Part shown: piece after piece, positions 28,005 to 38,211 of the stretch | How positions within the stretch are numbered: the stretch's first letter is position 1 | Layout of the letters: every line of letters begins with the position of its first letter | Translations under genes and position numbers: made by a program | Notes under the pieces: model-generated | Databases searched by the model: none | Told to the model about the DNA's origin: nothing | Seen by the model: only the letters and a program-made list of their open reading frames with translations | Source: Oligoflexia bacterium | GTDB lineage: Bacteria > Bdellovibrionota > UBA1018 | Direction: 5' to 3' | DNA length: 64,000 nucleotides | Assembly (NCBI GenBank): GCA_031292385.1 | Contig: JARLHE010000028.1 | Coordinates: 76,693 to 140,692 of the forward strand

Positions 28005-30470
28005 TTAGCCTCTCAGCTCAGCGCCCAGCTCTTTTTTCCATGCCGCAAGAATCTGATTCGAAGCCGCTTCCGCTTCCGATTCCTGTAAACTCCGGCTTTC
28101 TTCATAAAAGATAACTCGTACTGCCACGCTTGTCATCCCCTCGGCGACCTGGGATCCCCGATAAATATCGAAAATTTTTGCGGCCTTAGCCAAGGGGCGT
28201 CCTGCTTTCAACGCAACCTGAGTAATTTTATCAACCGGAAGGTCCGAGCGAACCACCAAAGCGAAGTCGCGCTCCATAGGCGGAAACGACGGAATCGGCT
28301 TGAATTCGGCCTGTTTTACCGGCGAACGCGATTGTTTGGCCAAAAGCGACCAATCGATTTCTCCAATCCAAAGAGGCGCCCGGGTTTTCAACGCACGCGC
28401 CTTGCCGGGATGAAAAAGCCCGAACGCGCCCGCCACTTCATTGCCCGCCAAAATTTCGACGCTTTGACCGGGATGAAAAAGCGGATGAGGCCCCTTGCGC
28501 GACTCCGACATCGGCAAAAGCCGCACTCCGCGCGCACCGAGAGCCTGGAACAAGGATTCGGCGATCGCCTTGATGTCGTAAAAATCCACCTCCGCCTGCT
28601 CCACTTGCAATGCCTGGGCGTAGCGAGGCCCTGAAACCACGAATGAGAGCTTCCAGGCCTCCTTCACGCCGGTTTCCATTTCACCCTGCGCCTGAATCGG
28701 GCCCGACGCGCTGAACGTCGGCCGCAGCTCGAAAAGCCGGATCGCAAGCGACTCCGAGCCAAAATGATGGGACCACTGATCGATCGCGTTTTTGACCAGG
28801 CCCGGAAGAAGCGACGGCACCAGTGCCTCCAGCTCCTCGCTCAAAGGGTTCACGAGCACCGCCGACGAAGCGAGATCGAAAGCCTTGAGCTCGGCCCGGC
28901 TGGTGAACGAAAAATTGATCGTCTCGCTCAAGCCCGCCGCCACCAACGCGTCTTTGGCCTGATTCATGAGCACGTAACCCGCGCTCGAGTCTTCCCACGA
29001 CGAGCGCGGCGCGGAGCTCAAAACCGGGATCGTTTCCTCGATCTGGTCGTAGCCCAGGGTACGGGCGATCTCCTCGGCGAGATCCTGCGGCAAACTCAGG
29101 TCCTTGCGCCAGGAAGGAACGCGAACGTTCCAGTCCTCGGCGCCCTTCACCACTTCGCAAGAAAGATCGGTCAGGATTTTCAACGCCTGCTCGGGCGCGC
29201 ACTTCATCCCCAGAAAACGCGGAAAATAATCGGGCGCGACGCGGATCTCGCGCGACGCCAGCTGAGCCCGCGAAGGCAAACGGGCCGACGCTACTCCCGC
29301 GACCTTACCGCCCGCGAGCTCGAGCACCAAAGAACTGAGACGCGCGATCGCGTGCGTGAGCCCCGCCGGATCCACTCCCCGCTCGAACCGATGGGAAGCT
29401 TCGGTCCGCTTTTGATGGCGAGAGGAAGCGCGCCTCACCAAGATCGGATCAAATTCGGCGCACTCCAAAAAGACGCGCCGGGTGGAGTCACGGACTTCCG
29501 AATTTCCGCCACCCATGACGCCCGCCAGGCCCACGGCCCGCTTGGCATCCGCGATCACGAGCTCGTTACCGGCGAGCTTGATGCTCGTTCCGTCCAGGAG
29601 CGGAAGCTCTTCGCCTTCCTTCGCGGTTCTCACCCGAATCTCTTTGCCTTCGATCAAATCCGCATCGTAAGCGTGCACGGGCTGGCCGAGCTCCCACATC
29701 ACGAGATTGGTCGCGTCGACGAGGTTATTGATCGAACGGCTTCCCATCTTCTCGAGCTTTTTCACCAGCCACGCAGGCGACGGGCCGACTTTCACGCCAT
29801 CGATCAGGCAACCGTAAAATTGCGGACCCGCTTCACCGGCATCGAGATGGATCGAGATCGGGCTCACGGTAGCCTGGGGCAAGGCGGCGGCATCGGGTCT
29901 TTTCGCCTTCACGCCGAGCGCTGCGGCCACTTCGCGCGCCATGCCGAAGTGACTCAGGCAATCGCCTCGATTAGCGGTCAGCTTGAAAGCCAAAATCGTA
30001 TCGTCCAAGCCCAGGATTTTAGCGAGAGGCTCTCCGAGCGGGGTCGTCTCCGGCAGAATCAAAATCCCTTCCGATTCCTTCTTCAAGCCAAGCTCGGTCT
30101 CCGAGCAGAGCATGCCGTTCGAAACCACGCCGCGAATCTTGCTTTTCTCGATCTTCAAGCCATTCGGCAAACGCGCGCCGATCTGGGCAAGCGCCACGAT
30201 ATCCCCGGCCTTCATGTTCTGCGCGCCGCAGACGATCTCGAGCGGCTCGCCGCTTCCCAGGGAAACTTTGCAAAGGCTCAGGCGATCCGCCTCGGGGTGC
30301 TTGTTTCGCTCCAGGATTTTCACGGTGACCACTCGCTCAAAGCCCTGCGCCTGAGGCAGGATCTCTTCCACCTCGAGTCCTCGCCGAGTCAGGAGCGCCG
30401 CCAGGGCATCAGGGCCCGAAAGCGCGCTCAGATCCACCATTTCGGAAAGCCAATTCCAGGAAATTTTCAT
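28005..30470 (-). CDS. pheT: Phenylalanine--tRNA ligase beta subunit
   Basis: 821 aa with tRNA-binding, B3/B4, B5 and FDX-ACB domains. Confidence 0.95.
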   Translation of the reverse strand: MKISWNWLSEMVDLSALSGPDALAALLTRRGLEVEEILPQAQGFERVVTVKILERNKHPEADRLSLCKVSLGSGEPLEIVCGAQNMKAGDIVALAQIGARLPNGLKIEKSKIRGVVSNGMLCSETELGLKKESEGILILPETTPLGEPLAKILGLDDTILAFKLTANRGDCLSHFGMAREVAAALGVKAKRPDAAALPQATVSPISIHLDAGEAGPQFYGCLIDGVKVGPSPAWLVKKLEKMGSRSINNLVDATNLVMWELGQPVHAYDADLIEGKEIRVRTAKEGEELPLLDGTSIKLAGNELVIADAKRAVGLAGVMGGGNSEVRDSTRRVFLECAEFDPILVRRASSRHQKRTEASHRFERGVDPAGLTHAIARLSSLVLELAGGKVAGVASARLPSRAQLASREIRVAPDYFPRFLGMKCAPEQALKILTDLSCEVVKGAEDWNVRVPSWRKDLSLPQDLAEEIARTLGYDQIEETIPVLSSAPRSSWEDSSAGYVLMNQAKDALVAAGLSETINFSFTSRAELKAFDLASSAVLVNPLSEELEALVPSLLPGLVKNAIDQWSHHFGSESLAIRLFELRPTFSASGPIQAQGEMETGVKEAWKLSFVVSGPRYAQALQVEQAEVDFYDIKAIAESLFQALGARGVRLLPMSESRKGPHPLFHPGQSVEILAGNEVAGAFGLFHPGKARALKTRAPLWIGEIDWSLLAKQSRSPVKQAEFKPIPSFPPMERDFALVVRSDLPVDKITQVALKAGRPLAKAAKIFDIYRGSQVAEGMTSVAVRVIFYEESRSLQESEAEAASNQILAAWKKELGAELRG

Positions 30471-30482
30471 CGTTCGCTCTTT

Positions 30483-31508
30483 TTAAAATTGATTTAAAAA
30501 CCGGGAGTCGCCGCTGAACATCAGCCGCAGATCGGGCACGCCGTGCAGGATCATCGCGATTCGCTCGATCCCGATCCCGAAGGCAAAGCCGGTCAGATCA
30601 TCGCCTGAATACCCCGCCAGCTCGAGCAACCTCGGATGCACCATGCCCGCGCCCAAAATCTCAAGCCAACCGGAGCCGCGGCAAACCTTGCAGGTCGAAA
30701 CGGGTTTCGTGCCGCACTGAAAACAGCTCACGTCGACTTCCGCGCCGGGCTCAACAAACGGAAAATAACTCGGGCGCAAGCGCACTTTGACTTCCGGACC
30801 GAAGGTCTCGCGCGCGAAAAACGCCAAAACGCCCTTCAGGTCGCTCATCTTGATTCCGCGATCGACCCAAAGCCCTTCGACCTGATGGAACATCGGCGAA
30901 TGAGTGGCGTCATGATCGCTTCGATAAACCGCGCCCGGGCAAACGATGCGAACCGGCCACTGCCGCGAGCGCATCGTACGCATCTGCACCGAAGAGGTGT
31001 GCGTCCTCAGCACCACGCCGGGCCCCATGAAAAACGTATCCTGCATGTCGCGCGCAGGATGGTCTTTGGGAATATTCACCGCTTCGAAATTGAGAAACTC
31101 CGTCTCCACCTCGGGCCCGGTCGTGACATCAAAGCCCAGGCGCTGAAACGTCTGCAAAAGACGGCGCGTCGTACGCGTGATAATGTGATGGGTCCCGCGA
31201 TGGGAAAGCCTCGATGGAATCGACGTATCGATTCGCTGGGACTTAAGCTGCGCCTCGAGAGCCACCGTTTCAAGCTGCGCTTTGCGCGCCTCAAGCGTCT
31301 CTTCGATTCGCCTTTTCCATTCATTGGCCGCGGCGCCGATTTTGGGCCGTTCGTCTGCGGACACCGCCCCAAGGCCTTTTAAGACTTCGCTCAGCGCGCC
31401 TTTTTTACCCAGAAGAGAGACACGAAGCTGTTCCAGCAGCTCCAGACTGCTCGCTGACTTCAAATCCTCGAGCGCTTGTTTGCCAATAACATCAAGTTTT
31501 TCGATCAT
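30483..31508 (-). CDS. pheS: Phenylalanine--tRNA ligase alpha subunit
   Basis: 341 aa with class II aaRS motifs (FRPSYFPFVEPG, GFAFGIGIERI). Confidence 0.95.
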   Translation of the reverse strand: MIEKLDVIGKQALEDLKSASSLELLEQLRVSLLGKKGALSEVLKGLGAVSADERPKIGAAANEWKRRIEETLEARKAQLETVALEAQLKSQRIDTSIPSRLSHRGTHHIITRTTRRLLQTFQRLGFDVTTGPEVETEFLNFEAVNIPKDHPARDMQDTFFMGPGVVLRTHTSSVQMRTMRSRQWPVRIVCPGAVYRSDHDATHSPMFHQVEGLWVDRGIKMSDLKGVLAFFARETFGPEVKVRLRPSYFPFVEPGAEVDVSCFQCGTKPVSTCKVCRGSGWLEILGAGMVHPRLLELAGYSGDDLTGFAFGIGIERIAMILHGVPDLRLMFSGDSRFLNQF

Positions 31509-31732
31509 TTACCGCCCAAAAATACATGGGGCGGGTTGCGAAAGAAAGAGATTTCATGGGGTTATGAGCGATCTCTTCAATGAACTCCAACTCCGCTCAC
31601 TGAAAGAGTTAATCCATCTAAACAATTACCTGTCCCGGAACAGGTGAGCGGAGAGATTCACGCGCCTATAATGCAAAACGCCCAGAGGATCTCTCCCCTG
31701 GGCGTCTGGTACTTCAGTCTTGAATCAAACGA
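31509..31732 (-). promoter_or_regulatory. Structured rplT-pheS intergenic leader (attenuator-like)
   Basis: The minus-strand hairpin cgcccag-N-ctgggcg (about 31681-31706) is followed by UUUUG. There is a 10-bp long-range inverted repeat ctccgctcac/gtgagcggag (about 31589-31598 and 31638-31647) and the hairpin cctgt-cccggaa-acagg. No Phe-rich leader peptide was found. Confidence 0.35.
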
Positions 31733-32095
31733 TTAAGCTGCCGGAGAGAGCGAACGAACCTGCTCCACGATCGCCGTGAAAGCATGAGGGTCGTTGATCG
31801 CGATATCCGAAAGGACTTTGCGATCCAGATTGACCTGCGCCTTTTTCAAGGCCGAGATCAAACGGCTGTAGCTGATATCGTTGTTATTGGCCGCCGCCGA
31901 AAGACGGGCGATCCAAAGCGTGCGAAAATCACGCTTCTTCACGCGGCGATCGCGATACGAGTAGATAAACGCGCGATCGACTGCCTCAGCAGTGCGTTTG
32001 AATTTGTTTTTACGACCAAGGACAAAACCCTTGGCATGTTCAAGAACTTTATTATGACGACGGCGGCGTTTAAAACCACGTTTTGCGCGAGGCAT
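31733..32095 (-). CDS. rplT: 50S ribosomal protein L20
   Basis: MPRAKRGFKRRRRHNKVLEHAKGF. Confidence 0.95.
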   Translation of the reverse strand: MPRAKRGFKRRRRHNKVLEHAKGFVLGRKNKFKRTAEAVDRAFIYSYRDRRVKKRDFRTLWIARLSAAANNNDISYSRLISALKKAQVNLDRKVLSDIAINDPHAFTAIVEQVRSLSPAA

Positions 32096-32127
32096 GAATT
32101 ACTCCTTAAAAAATCACGAAATAACGA

Positions 32128-32328
32128 TTAACGGGAGCCGTAAGGCAGGCACTTTTCGATGTGCTTGATATCGCCTTCGAACAAAATACCGCCCGAACGA
32201 AGCTTCAGCTTGGCTGCCGAGTTCTTATGTCCGAGGTTGTGGCGCTTGCCGGCTCGCTTGAACTTTACTTTGCCAGTCGCGGTGAACGAAAAACGCTTCG
32301 CGGCGGCTTTTTTTGTCTTCAGTTTCAT
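32128..32328 (-). CDS. rpmI: 50S ribosomal protein L35
   Basis: MKLKTKKAAAKRF...CLPY; 66 aa. Confidence 0.9.
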   Translation of the reverse strand: MKLKTKKAAAKRFSFTATGKVKFKRAGKRHNLGHKNSAAKLKLRSGGILFEGDIKHIEKCLPYGSR

Positions 32329-32410
32329 TACAGTACCAATACCTTACCGATGTTCTATTTTAACAATTGGAAACGCAACGTACTCTAGGCACATCAAATG
32401 CGTCAAGCCC

Positions 32411-33091
32411 TTATTCGCCGGTTGGGTTCTTAATAATCACCGAAACCGATGGGGCGGCGGGCTTCTTCCCCCCTGCCGGCGCTGGAGCCAGAATCATGAT
32501 CAATTTCTTCCCTTCGAGCTTGGGGCTCGCCTCGATCACGGCGATGTCCTTCATCTGCTCGGAGAGCTGCTTCATGATCTTAAAGCCCTGGTCCACATAG
32601 GTGATTTCGCGGCCACGGAACATGATCGTGATCTTCGCCTTATCGCCATCCTCAATGAACTTGCGGATATTGCGGAACTTATACTCGACGTCATGCTCGT
32701 CAGTCTGTGGACGAAGCTGAACTTCCTTCACCTTGATGACGGTTTGCTTCTTTTTGGCTTCGTGCTCTTTCTTCTTCTTTTCGTATTTAAATTTGCCGTA
32801 ATCGCAGATTTTGCAGACCGGAGGCTGGGCGTTAGGCGAAACCTCCATGAGGTCCAAACCACGCTCGCGCGCCATAGCTAAGGCTTCGTGAGTTGGCACT
32901 ACGCCGACTTGATTGCCTTTTTCGTCAATCAAGCGGACTTGAGGGACTCGAATCCTCTCGTTGATTCGGTGCTCGTCTTTATTGTGCTGCGGGATCGGTC
33001 CACGCGGTAGCCTTGGACGGGGATAAGATGGAGGGCCGGATGGGTTAGAGGGACTCGAAGGACTCGAAGGACTGGACGGTTGAAATGCCAT
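32411..33091 (-). CDS. infC: Translation initiation factor IF-3, with a Pro/Ser-rich N-terminal extension (start uncertain)
   Basis: The IF3 core runs from HRINERIRVPQVRLIDEKG. The ATG at 33091 adds about 30 residues (SSPSSPSSPSNPSGPPSYPRP). The true start may be a downstream non-AUG codon. Confidence 0.85.
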   Translation of the reverse strand: MAFQPSSPSSPSSPSNPSGPPSYPRPRLPRGPIPQHNKDEHRINERIRVPQVRLIDEKGNQVGVVPTHEALAMARERGLDLMEVSPNAQPPVCKICDYGKFKYEKKKKEHEAKKKQTVIKVKEVQLRPQTDEHDVEYKFRNIRKFIEDGDKAKITIMFRGREITYVDQGFKIMKQLSEQMKDIAVIEASPKLEGKKLIMILAPAPAGGKKPAAPSVSVIIKNPTGE

Positions 33092-33228
33092 TCTTTGATT
33101 TATTTAATTTATTTGTGGGTACTGCCGGCACGCATCGCACCGACAATCTTTAAAAAACCTCCTGATTGCACCACAACTACAAGAGGTTCCGAAAGGTGTC
33201 AAGGCGATGGGTGCCGTCATGAGGCCGT

Positions 33229-33627
33229 TTAAATGACGTTTGCTTTCTTTTTACGCTTGGCGGCCGGAGCCTTTGAGCTTGCCTTTGCTTTCGGCCTCGA
33301 CTTAGACCGAGCCGCTTTGGCTTGGGTGCCCGCCATCACGTTTCCGAGAATCTTTTCAAGCTCCTTGCTCTGAGCCTGAAGCAGAGAGCGATACTTTTTC
33401 ACTTCGCCCGGAATCCGCTTTTGAATTCGGGCAAGCTCCTTCTTTTGGCGCTCCAAGAAGGCTTCAACCTTAGCGCTATCGGAGGTGAACAGTTTTCGAA
33501 GACCGTTGCCCTGTTTCTCGGCGTACTTTCTCGCCTCTTCAAGCCAATCCTGGTCCTTCATCACCTTTTGGATTTTGACCTGAACCTGCTTGACTCGGCC
33601 AACAATTTTGTTCAGTTCAGAGCTCAT
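33229..33627 (-). CDS. Lys-rich coiled-coil protein with histone-H1-like C-terminal tail (phasin-like?)
   Basis: Track ORF of 132 aa. The C-terminus is KAARSKSRPKAKASSKAPAAKRKKKANVI. Confidence 0.55.
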   Translation of the reverse strand: MSSELNKIVGRVKQVQVKIQKVMKDQDWLEEARKYAEKQGNGLRKLFTSDSAKVEAFLERQKKELARIQKRIPGEVKKYRSLLQAQSKELEKILGNVMAGTQAKAARSKSRPKAKASSKAPAAKRKKKANVI

Positions 33628-33674
33628 TTTCTAGTCTCCTTAGAATATTTTCTAACTTATATCATAGATTAGAA

Positions 33675-35366
33675 CTAAAACGCGATCCAGTTCTTTGCGA
33701 TCGGAATCCGCCGTCCAATACCGAAAGCTTTCGGGCTCACCTTCAATACCGGCGGCGCCTGACGCCTCTTATATTCGCTGACGTCGATCATCCGAAGAAT
33801 CGGCGGAATCCAGCTCTTTTCCTGACCTGGATCATGAGTGGATCTCAGCTGCTCCAATGACAGCCCCTTTTCGAGGTAATCCGTCAGCAAGGCATCGAGC
33901 TGCGGATAAGGAGGCAAAGTGTCTTGATCCACCTGTCCCGGCCTGAGCTCCGCCGATGGTGGCTTGGTAATCGACCGTTCCGGTATCGCGGCCGTGCCTT
34001 GACTGGTCGCATTTAGATGCCGCGCAAGCTCATAAACCCGTGTTTTGAAGACATCGCCGATCGGAGCCAGCGCCCCGCACATATCGCCGTATAAAGTGCA
34101 GTAGCCGGTGGCCAGCTCCGACTTATTGCCCGTGGTCAGTACCAAAGCCGAATAATGATTCGATAAGGTCATGAGCAAGGTGCCGCGAAGCCGGGCCTGA
34201 AGGTTTTCAAGCGCCAACGGAGCTAATCCGCCGCGCGACTCGCCGAGCTCCCGCGAAAACTGCGAAAAAAGAAACTTGATGGGGCGAACTTCGAAGTTGA
34301 TTCCCAGGTTCCGGGCGAGAATCTCGGCATCTTCCAAGCTATGACCCGACGAATACTGACTCGGCATCGCGACGCCCAAGACGTTTCGAGGCCCTAAAGC
34401 ACGCGCGGCCAAGGTGGCGACCACGGCCGAATCGATGCCGCCGCTCAAACCCAAAATCGCGGTTTTAAAACCCGAGCGCGTGAAATAATCGTGAATCCCC
34501 GTCACTAAAGCCCGGCTGAGCACCTCGATTTCACTCGGGGGCGTATCTTCGCGCTCAGAGGCGGCCGGCGAAACCCAGCTCCCCTTCCCGGCCGCCAGAT
34601 CGATATCGACCCAGCCGAAGGCCTTCCGGAACAAAGGCAATCTTCCCACCAGCTTTCCCTGGGCATCACAAGCGAAAGATCCCCCGTCGAAGAGGACTTC
34701 ATCATTGGCCCCGACCTGGTTCACGTAGAGAAGAGGCGCCTTCAAAGTCCGAGCGACATTTGCGTGGAGCTCTTCGCGCCGAATCCGCTTTTCCCAAACA
34801 TACGGGCTTGCCGAGATGGAAATCACCAAATCGACGCCGATCGCCTCATACGCGGTGACGGGGTCACGGGAGTACAACTCGCGGCCCAAAGCCGGGTCAC
34901 GGGCCCAAAAATCCTCGCAAATGGCCAAGGCTACTTTGTGGCCATCACAAATCCAGGGCTCGCTCTTTTCGGCCGGCTGAAAATAGCGGGCCTCATCGAA
35001 AACGTCATAGGTGGGCAACAGGGTTTTGGCCTGCCGAAAAACCTGCTTTCCGTCTTCGAACACGGAAACCACGTTCTGAGCGGCGTGGCCCTTGTTCGAC
35101 GGGGTCCGCACGACATGGCCGACGACCAACGCGCACTTCTGTCCGCGAGTGAGGGCCCGCAGTTCTTCCGTCGCGAGCTCGTTCCGATCGAACATCTCGG
35201 GACGCTCCACCAAATCATGTGGAGGATAGCCGCAGATTCCAAGCTCGGGGGTCAAAAGAACACGGGCCCCTTCAGAGCAGGCCCGTGTATATGCTTCTTT
35301 GATTTTTCCGACATTGGCCGCGAAAGCGCCAACGACTGGATCGATTTGCGCGAAGGCGATCCGCAC
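33675..35366 (-). CDS. nadE: Glutamine-dependent NAD+ synthetase (CN-hydrolase plus NAD-synthase domains)
   Basis: An N-terminal nitrilase-like domain and the PP-loop LGLSGGIDSAVVATLA; 563 aa. Confidence 0.9.
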   Translation of the reverse strand: MRIAFAQIDPVVGAFAANVGKIKEAYTRACSEGARVLLTPELGICGYPPHDLVERPEMFDRNELATEELRALTRGQKCALVVGHVVRTPSNKGHAAQNVVSVFEDGKQVFRQAKTLLPTYDVFDEARYFQPAEKSEPWICDGHKVALAICEDFWARDPALGRELYSRDPVTAYEAIGVDLVISISASPYVWEKRIRREELHANVARTLKAPLLYVNQVGANDEVLFDGGSFACDAQGKLVGRLPLFRKAFGWVDIDLAAGKGSWVSPAASEREDTPPSEIEVLSRALVTGIHDYFTRSGFKTAILGLSGGIDSAVVATLAARALGPRNVLGVAMPSQYSSGHSLEDAEILARNLGINFEVRPIKFLFSQFSRELGESRGGLAPLALENLQARLRGTLLMTLSNHYSALVLTTGNKSELATGYCTLYGDMCGALAPIGDVFKTRVYELARHLNATSQGTAAIPERSITKPPSAELRPGQVDQDTLPPYPQLDALLTDYLEKGLSLEQLRSTHDPGQEKSWIPPILRMIDVSEYKRRQAPPVLKVSPKAFGIGRRIPIAKNWIAF

Positions 35367-35382
35367 GGAATTTCCTCAGCGC

Positions 35383-35811
35383 TTAGAAACGCTTCTGGAC
35401 TTCCTGCTTATCGAAGAAATAAGCGATTTCGCGCTCGGCGGACTTGGCGCTGTCCGAACCGTGCACGGCGTTCGCTTCGATGCTATCGGCGAAATCCTTG
35501 CGGATCGTGCCCGGAGCCGCCTTGGCGGGATCGGTTGCGCCCATGATTTCGCGATTCAGAAGAACCGCGTTTTCGCCTTCAAGAACCATCAACAGAACCG
35601 GGCCGCCGGTCATGAAATGAACCAGGCTCTGGAAAAAAGGACGGTCTTTATGCTCGATGTAAAACCCTTCCGCCTTTTCACGTGAGAGGCGGGTGAATTT
35701 CGTCGCCGCCACGCGCAGGCCGCGCTTCTCAAACCGGGTAATGATTTCACCCACGACGTTTTTTTCAACGGCGTTCGGCTTAATGATGGAAAAAGTGCGT
35801 TCGATAGCCAT
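35383..35811 (-). CDS. ndk: Nucleoside diphosphate kinase
   Basis: [15 protein letters not shown]...NAVHGSDS. Confidence 0.95.
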   Translation of the reverse strand: MAIERTFSIIKPNAVEKNVVGEIITRFEKRGLRVAATKFTRLSREKAEGFYIEHKDRPFFQSLVHFMTGGPVLLMVLEGENAVLLNREIMGATDPAKAAPGTIRKDFADSIEANAVHGSDSAKSAEREIAYFFDKQEVQKRF

Positions 35812-35908
35812 TTAATAATCTCCCTATGAGGAATAGATGCAGGAAATCCAAGTAGCTCAATTCGGTTTAAAAGGCGAGGCCCGAAATGAGCTGCTCCCCT
35901 GAAGTTCT

Positions 35909-36781
35909 TTACCTTTTAATGGCGGCTGCCAAGGTGGTGCCCAAATCCGCCGGACTTCTCGCGATTTTGACCCCTGCGGAAGCCAAAGCCTCGAACTTCT
36001 CCTCGGCCGTACCCTTGCCGCCCGAAATGATAGCGCCCGCATGCCCCATGCGCTTGCCCGGAGGGGCCGAAGCGCCGCCGATGAAGCCCGCGACCGGCTT
36101 CTTGAACTCCCGCTTGATATAAGCGGCCGCTTCCTCTTCGGCCGAGCCGCCGATTTCGCCGATCATGATCACGCCCTGGGTGTTCGGATCGGCGTTGAAG
36201 GCCTCGAGAACATCGATGAAATTGGTGCCGTTGATCGGGTCGCCGCCGATGCCGACGCAAGTGCTCTGACCGATCCCGAGCTGGGTGAGCTGAAAAACAG
36301 CCTCATAGGTCAAGGTTCCCGAACGGGAAACCACGCCGATGTTTCCGACCTTGTGGATCTGGCCGGGCATGATCCCGATTTTACACTGTCCTGGCGTAAT
36401 TATGCCGGGACAGTTCGGGCCGATCAGGCGGGATTTCGTGCTCTTCAAATAGCGTTTGGTGGCCAGCATGTCGCGCACAGGGATGCCTTCGGTGATACAA
36501 ACGATCAGGGGAATGCCCGCGTCGGCCGCTTCGCAGATCGCGTCCGCGGCGCCCGCCGGCGGAACGAAAATCATCGTCGCATTGGCGCCCGTCTTCGTCA
36601 CGGCTTCCTCGACCGTATCGTAGACCGGAAAACCTTCATGCGTCTGCCCGCCGCGGCCCGGGGTCACCCCGCCGACCACCTGCGTGCCGTAATCGCGGCA
36701 CCCTTTGGCGTGAAAGCTGCCTTGGGATCCCGTGATGCCTTGAACCAGAAGCTTCGTGTTTTTATCAACCCATATGGACAT
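35909..36781 (-). CDS. sucD: Succinyl-CoA ligase subunit alpha
   Basis: [12 protein letters not shown]...GHAGAII. Confidence 0.95.
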   Translation of the reverse strand: MSIWVDKNTKLLVQGITGSQGSFHAKGCRDYGTQVVGGVTPGRGGQTHEGFPVYDTVEEAVTKTGANATMIFVPPAGAADAICEAADAGIPLIVCITEGIPVRDMLATKRYLKSTKSRLIGPNCPGIITPGQCKIGIMPGQIHKVGNIGVVSRSGTLTYEAVFQLTQLGIGQSTCVGIGGDPINGTNFIDVLEAFNADPNTQGVIMIGEIGGSAEEEAAAYIKREFKKPVAGFIGGASAPPGKRMGHAGAIISGGKGTAEEKFEALASAGVKIARSPADLGTTLAAAIKR

Positions 36782-36808
36782 AGTTTTGATCCGCCTTGTT
36801 GTTCCGGC

Positions 36809-37999
36809 TTATTTTCCGGCTGCTGCCGCGACCGCTTTTTTCGCCGCGTCGGTGAGACCTTCGGCCGAAGTGATCTTCAGCCCCGATTCCGCCAAAATTT
36901 TCTTGCCCTGCTCGACGTTCGTGCCCTCGAGGCGAACGACCAGCGGGACTTTCATCTGAAGCTCACGAGCCGCGGCCACCACGCCTTCCGCGATGATGTC
37001 GCATTTCATGATCCCGCCGAAGATGTTGACGAGGATCGCCTTCACCTTCGGGTCCTTCAAAATGATCTTGAACGCGTTTTCGACCTTCTCTTTCGAAGCG
37101 CCGCCGCCGACGTCCAGGAAATTGGCCGGGCTGCCACCGTGAAGCTTGATGATATCCATTGTGGACATGGCGAGGCCCGCGCCGTTCACCAGGCAACCGA
37201 TATTGCCGTCGAGCGCGATGTAAGCGAGCTCGTACTTCGAGGCCTCGACGTCCTGCGCGTTCTCTTCTTGAAGATCACGCATCGCCACCACGTCGGGATG
37301 GCGGAAAAGCGCGTTATCGTCGAAGTTGATCTTCGCGTCGAGCGCCGCCAGGTTCCCGTTGGTCGTGAGGATCAGCGGATTGATCTCGACTTGCGAGCAG
37401 TCGAGCTCCATGAACGCGCGATAAATGCCGCCGAAAAACGGAACCGCTTCCTTCGTCTGCTCCGCCGTGAGGCCAAGTGATTTGGCGAGCTTCCGTCCGT
37501 GAAACGGCAAATAACCGGTCGTGGGGTCGATCGCCACGCGGAAAATCTTTTCCGGATGCTTGGCGGCGACTTCCTCGATTTCCATACCGCCTTCGGTCGA
37601 CGCCATCATCACGACTTGCGAGACCGCGCGATCGGTGACCACGCCCAAATAAAGCTCGCGGGCGATGCTGGAGCCTTCCTCGATCCAGACCTTGTGAACC
37701 ACTTTTCCCTGCGCGCCGGTTTGCGGCGTCACCAAGGTTTTACCGATAATCTCTTGAGCCGCCGCTTTCACCGCCGGCAGATCTTTGCAAACCTTCACCC
37801 CTCCGGCCTTGCCGCGTCCGCCCGCGTGGATCTGCGCTTTCACCACCCAGACCGAATTGCCGCGTTCGCGGGCCAGGTCCTGAGCCGCCTTTTCCGCGCG
37901 CTCGCCGACCGAACTTCCCTCTTCGACCAAGCGTCCCTCGGGAACGCGCACGCCGAATTTCTTCAAAAGCTGTTTTGCCTGATACTCGTGAATGTTCAT
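36809..37999 (-). CDS. sucC: Succinyl-CoA ligase subunit beta
   Basis: [17 protein letters not shown] plus an ATP-grasp domain. Confidence 0.95.
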   Translation of the reverse strand: MNIHEYQAKQLLKKFGVRVPEGRLVEEGSSVGERAEKAAQDLARERGNSVWVVKAQIHAGGRGKAGGVKVCKDLPAVKAAAQEIIGKTLVTPQTGAQGKVVHKVWIEEGSSIARELYLGVVTDRAVSQVVMMASTEGGMEIEEVAAKHPEKIFRVAIDPTTGYLPFHGRKLAKSLGLTAEQTKEAVPFFGGIYRAFMELDCSQVEINPLILTTNGNLAALDAKINFDDNALFRHPDVVAMRDLQEENAQDVEASKYELAYIALDGNIGCLVNGAGLAMSTMDIIKLHGGSPANFLDVGGGASKEKVENAFKIILKDPKVKAILVNIFGGIMKCDIIAEGVVAAARELQMKVPLVVRLEGTNVEQGKKILAESGLKITSAEGLTDAAKKAVAAAAGK

Positions 38000-38211
38000 T
38001 TTGATGGGCCTCTTCCTCTGGATTCTCGATCAAACTCAGGATTAGTTCAGCAGAAATCGTGTCAATAGCGACACATCTTTCGCTCTTGGACGAGCGTCAA
38101 AGGAATGATCACTCTGACACAGGTCGACAGGGAGTCGTCAACGCGTAACGTCGTGATTTTCCTCGAGTGAGCCGCTTGGCCGGTTTTTTGCTCTACTCTC
38201 TCTCAAATACT

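Noticed and set aside
31509-31680. Looked for a pheM-like Phe-rich leader peptide upstream of pheS.
   Set aside because: The only candidate small ORF (MKSLSFATRPMYFWAVNDRKT) has two Phe and no strong RBS. I report the RNA structure but do not claim a leader peptide.
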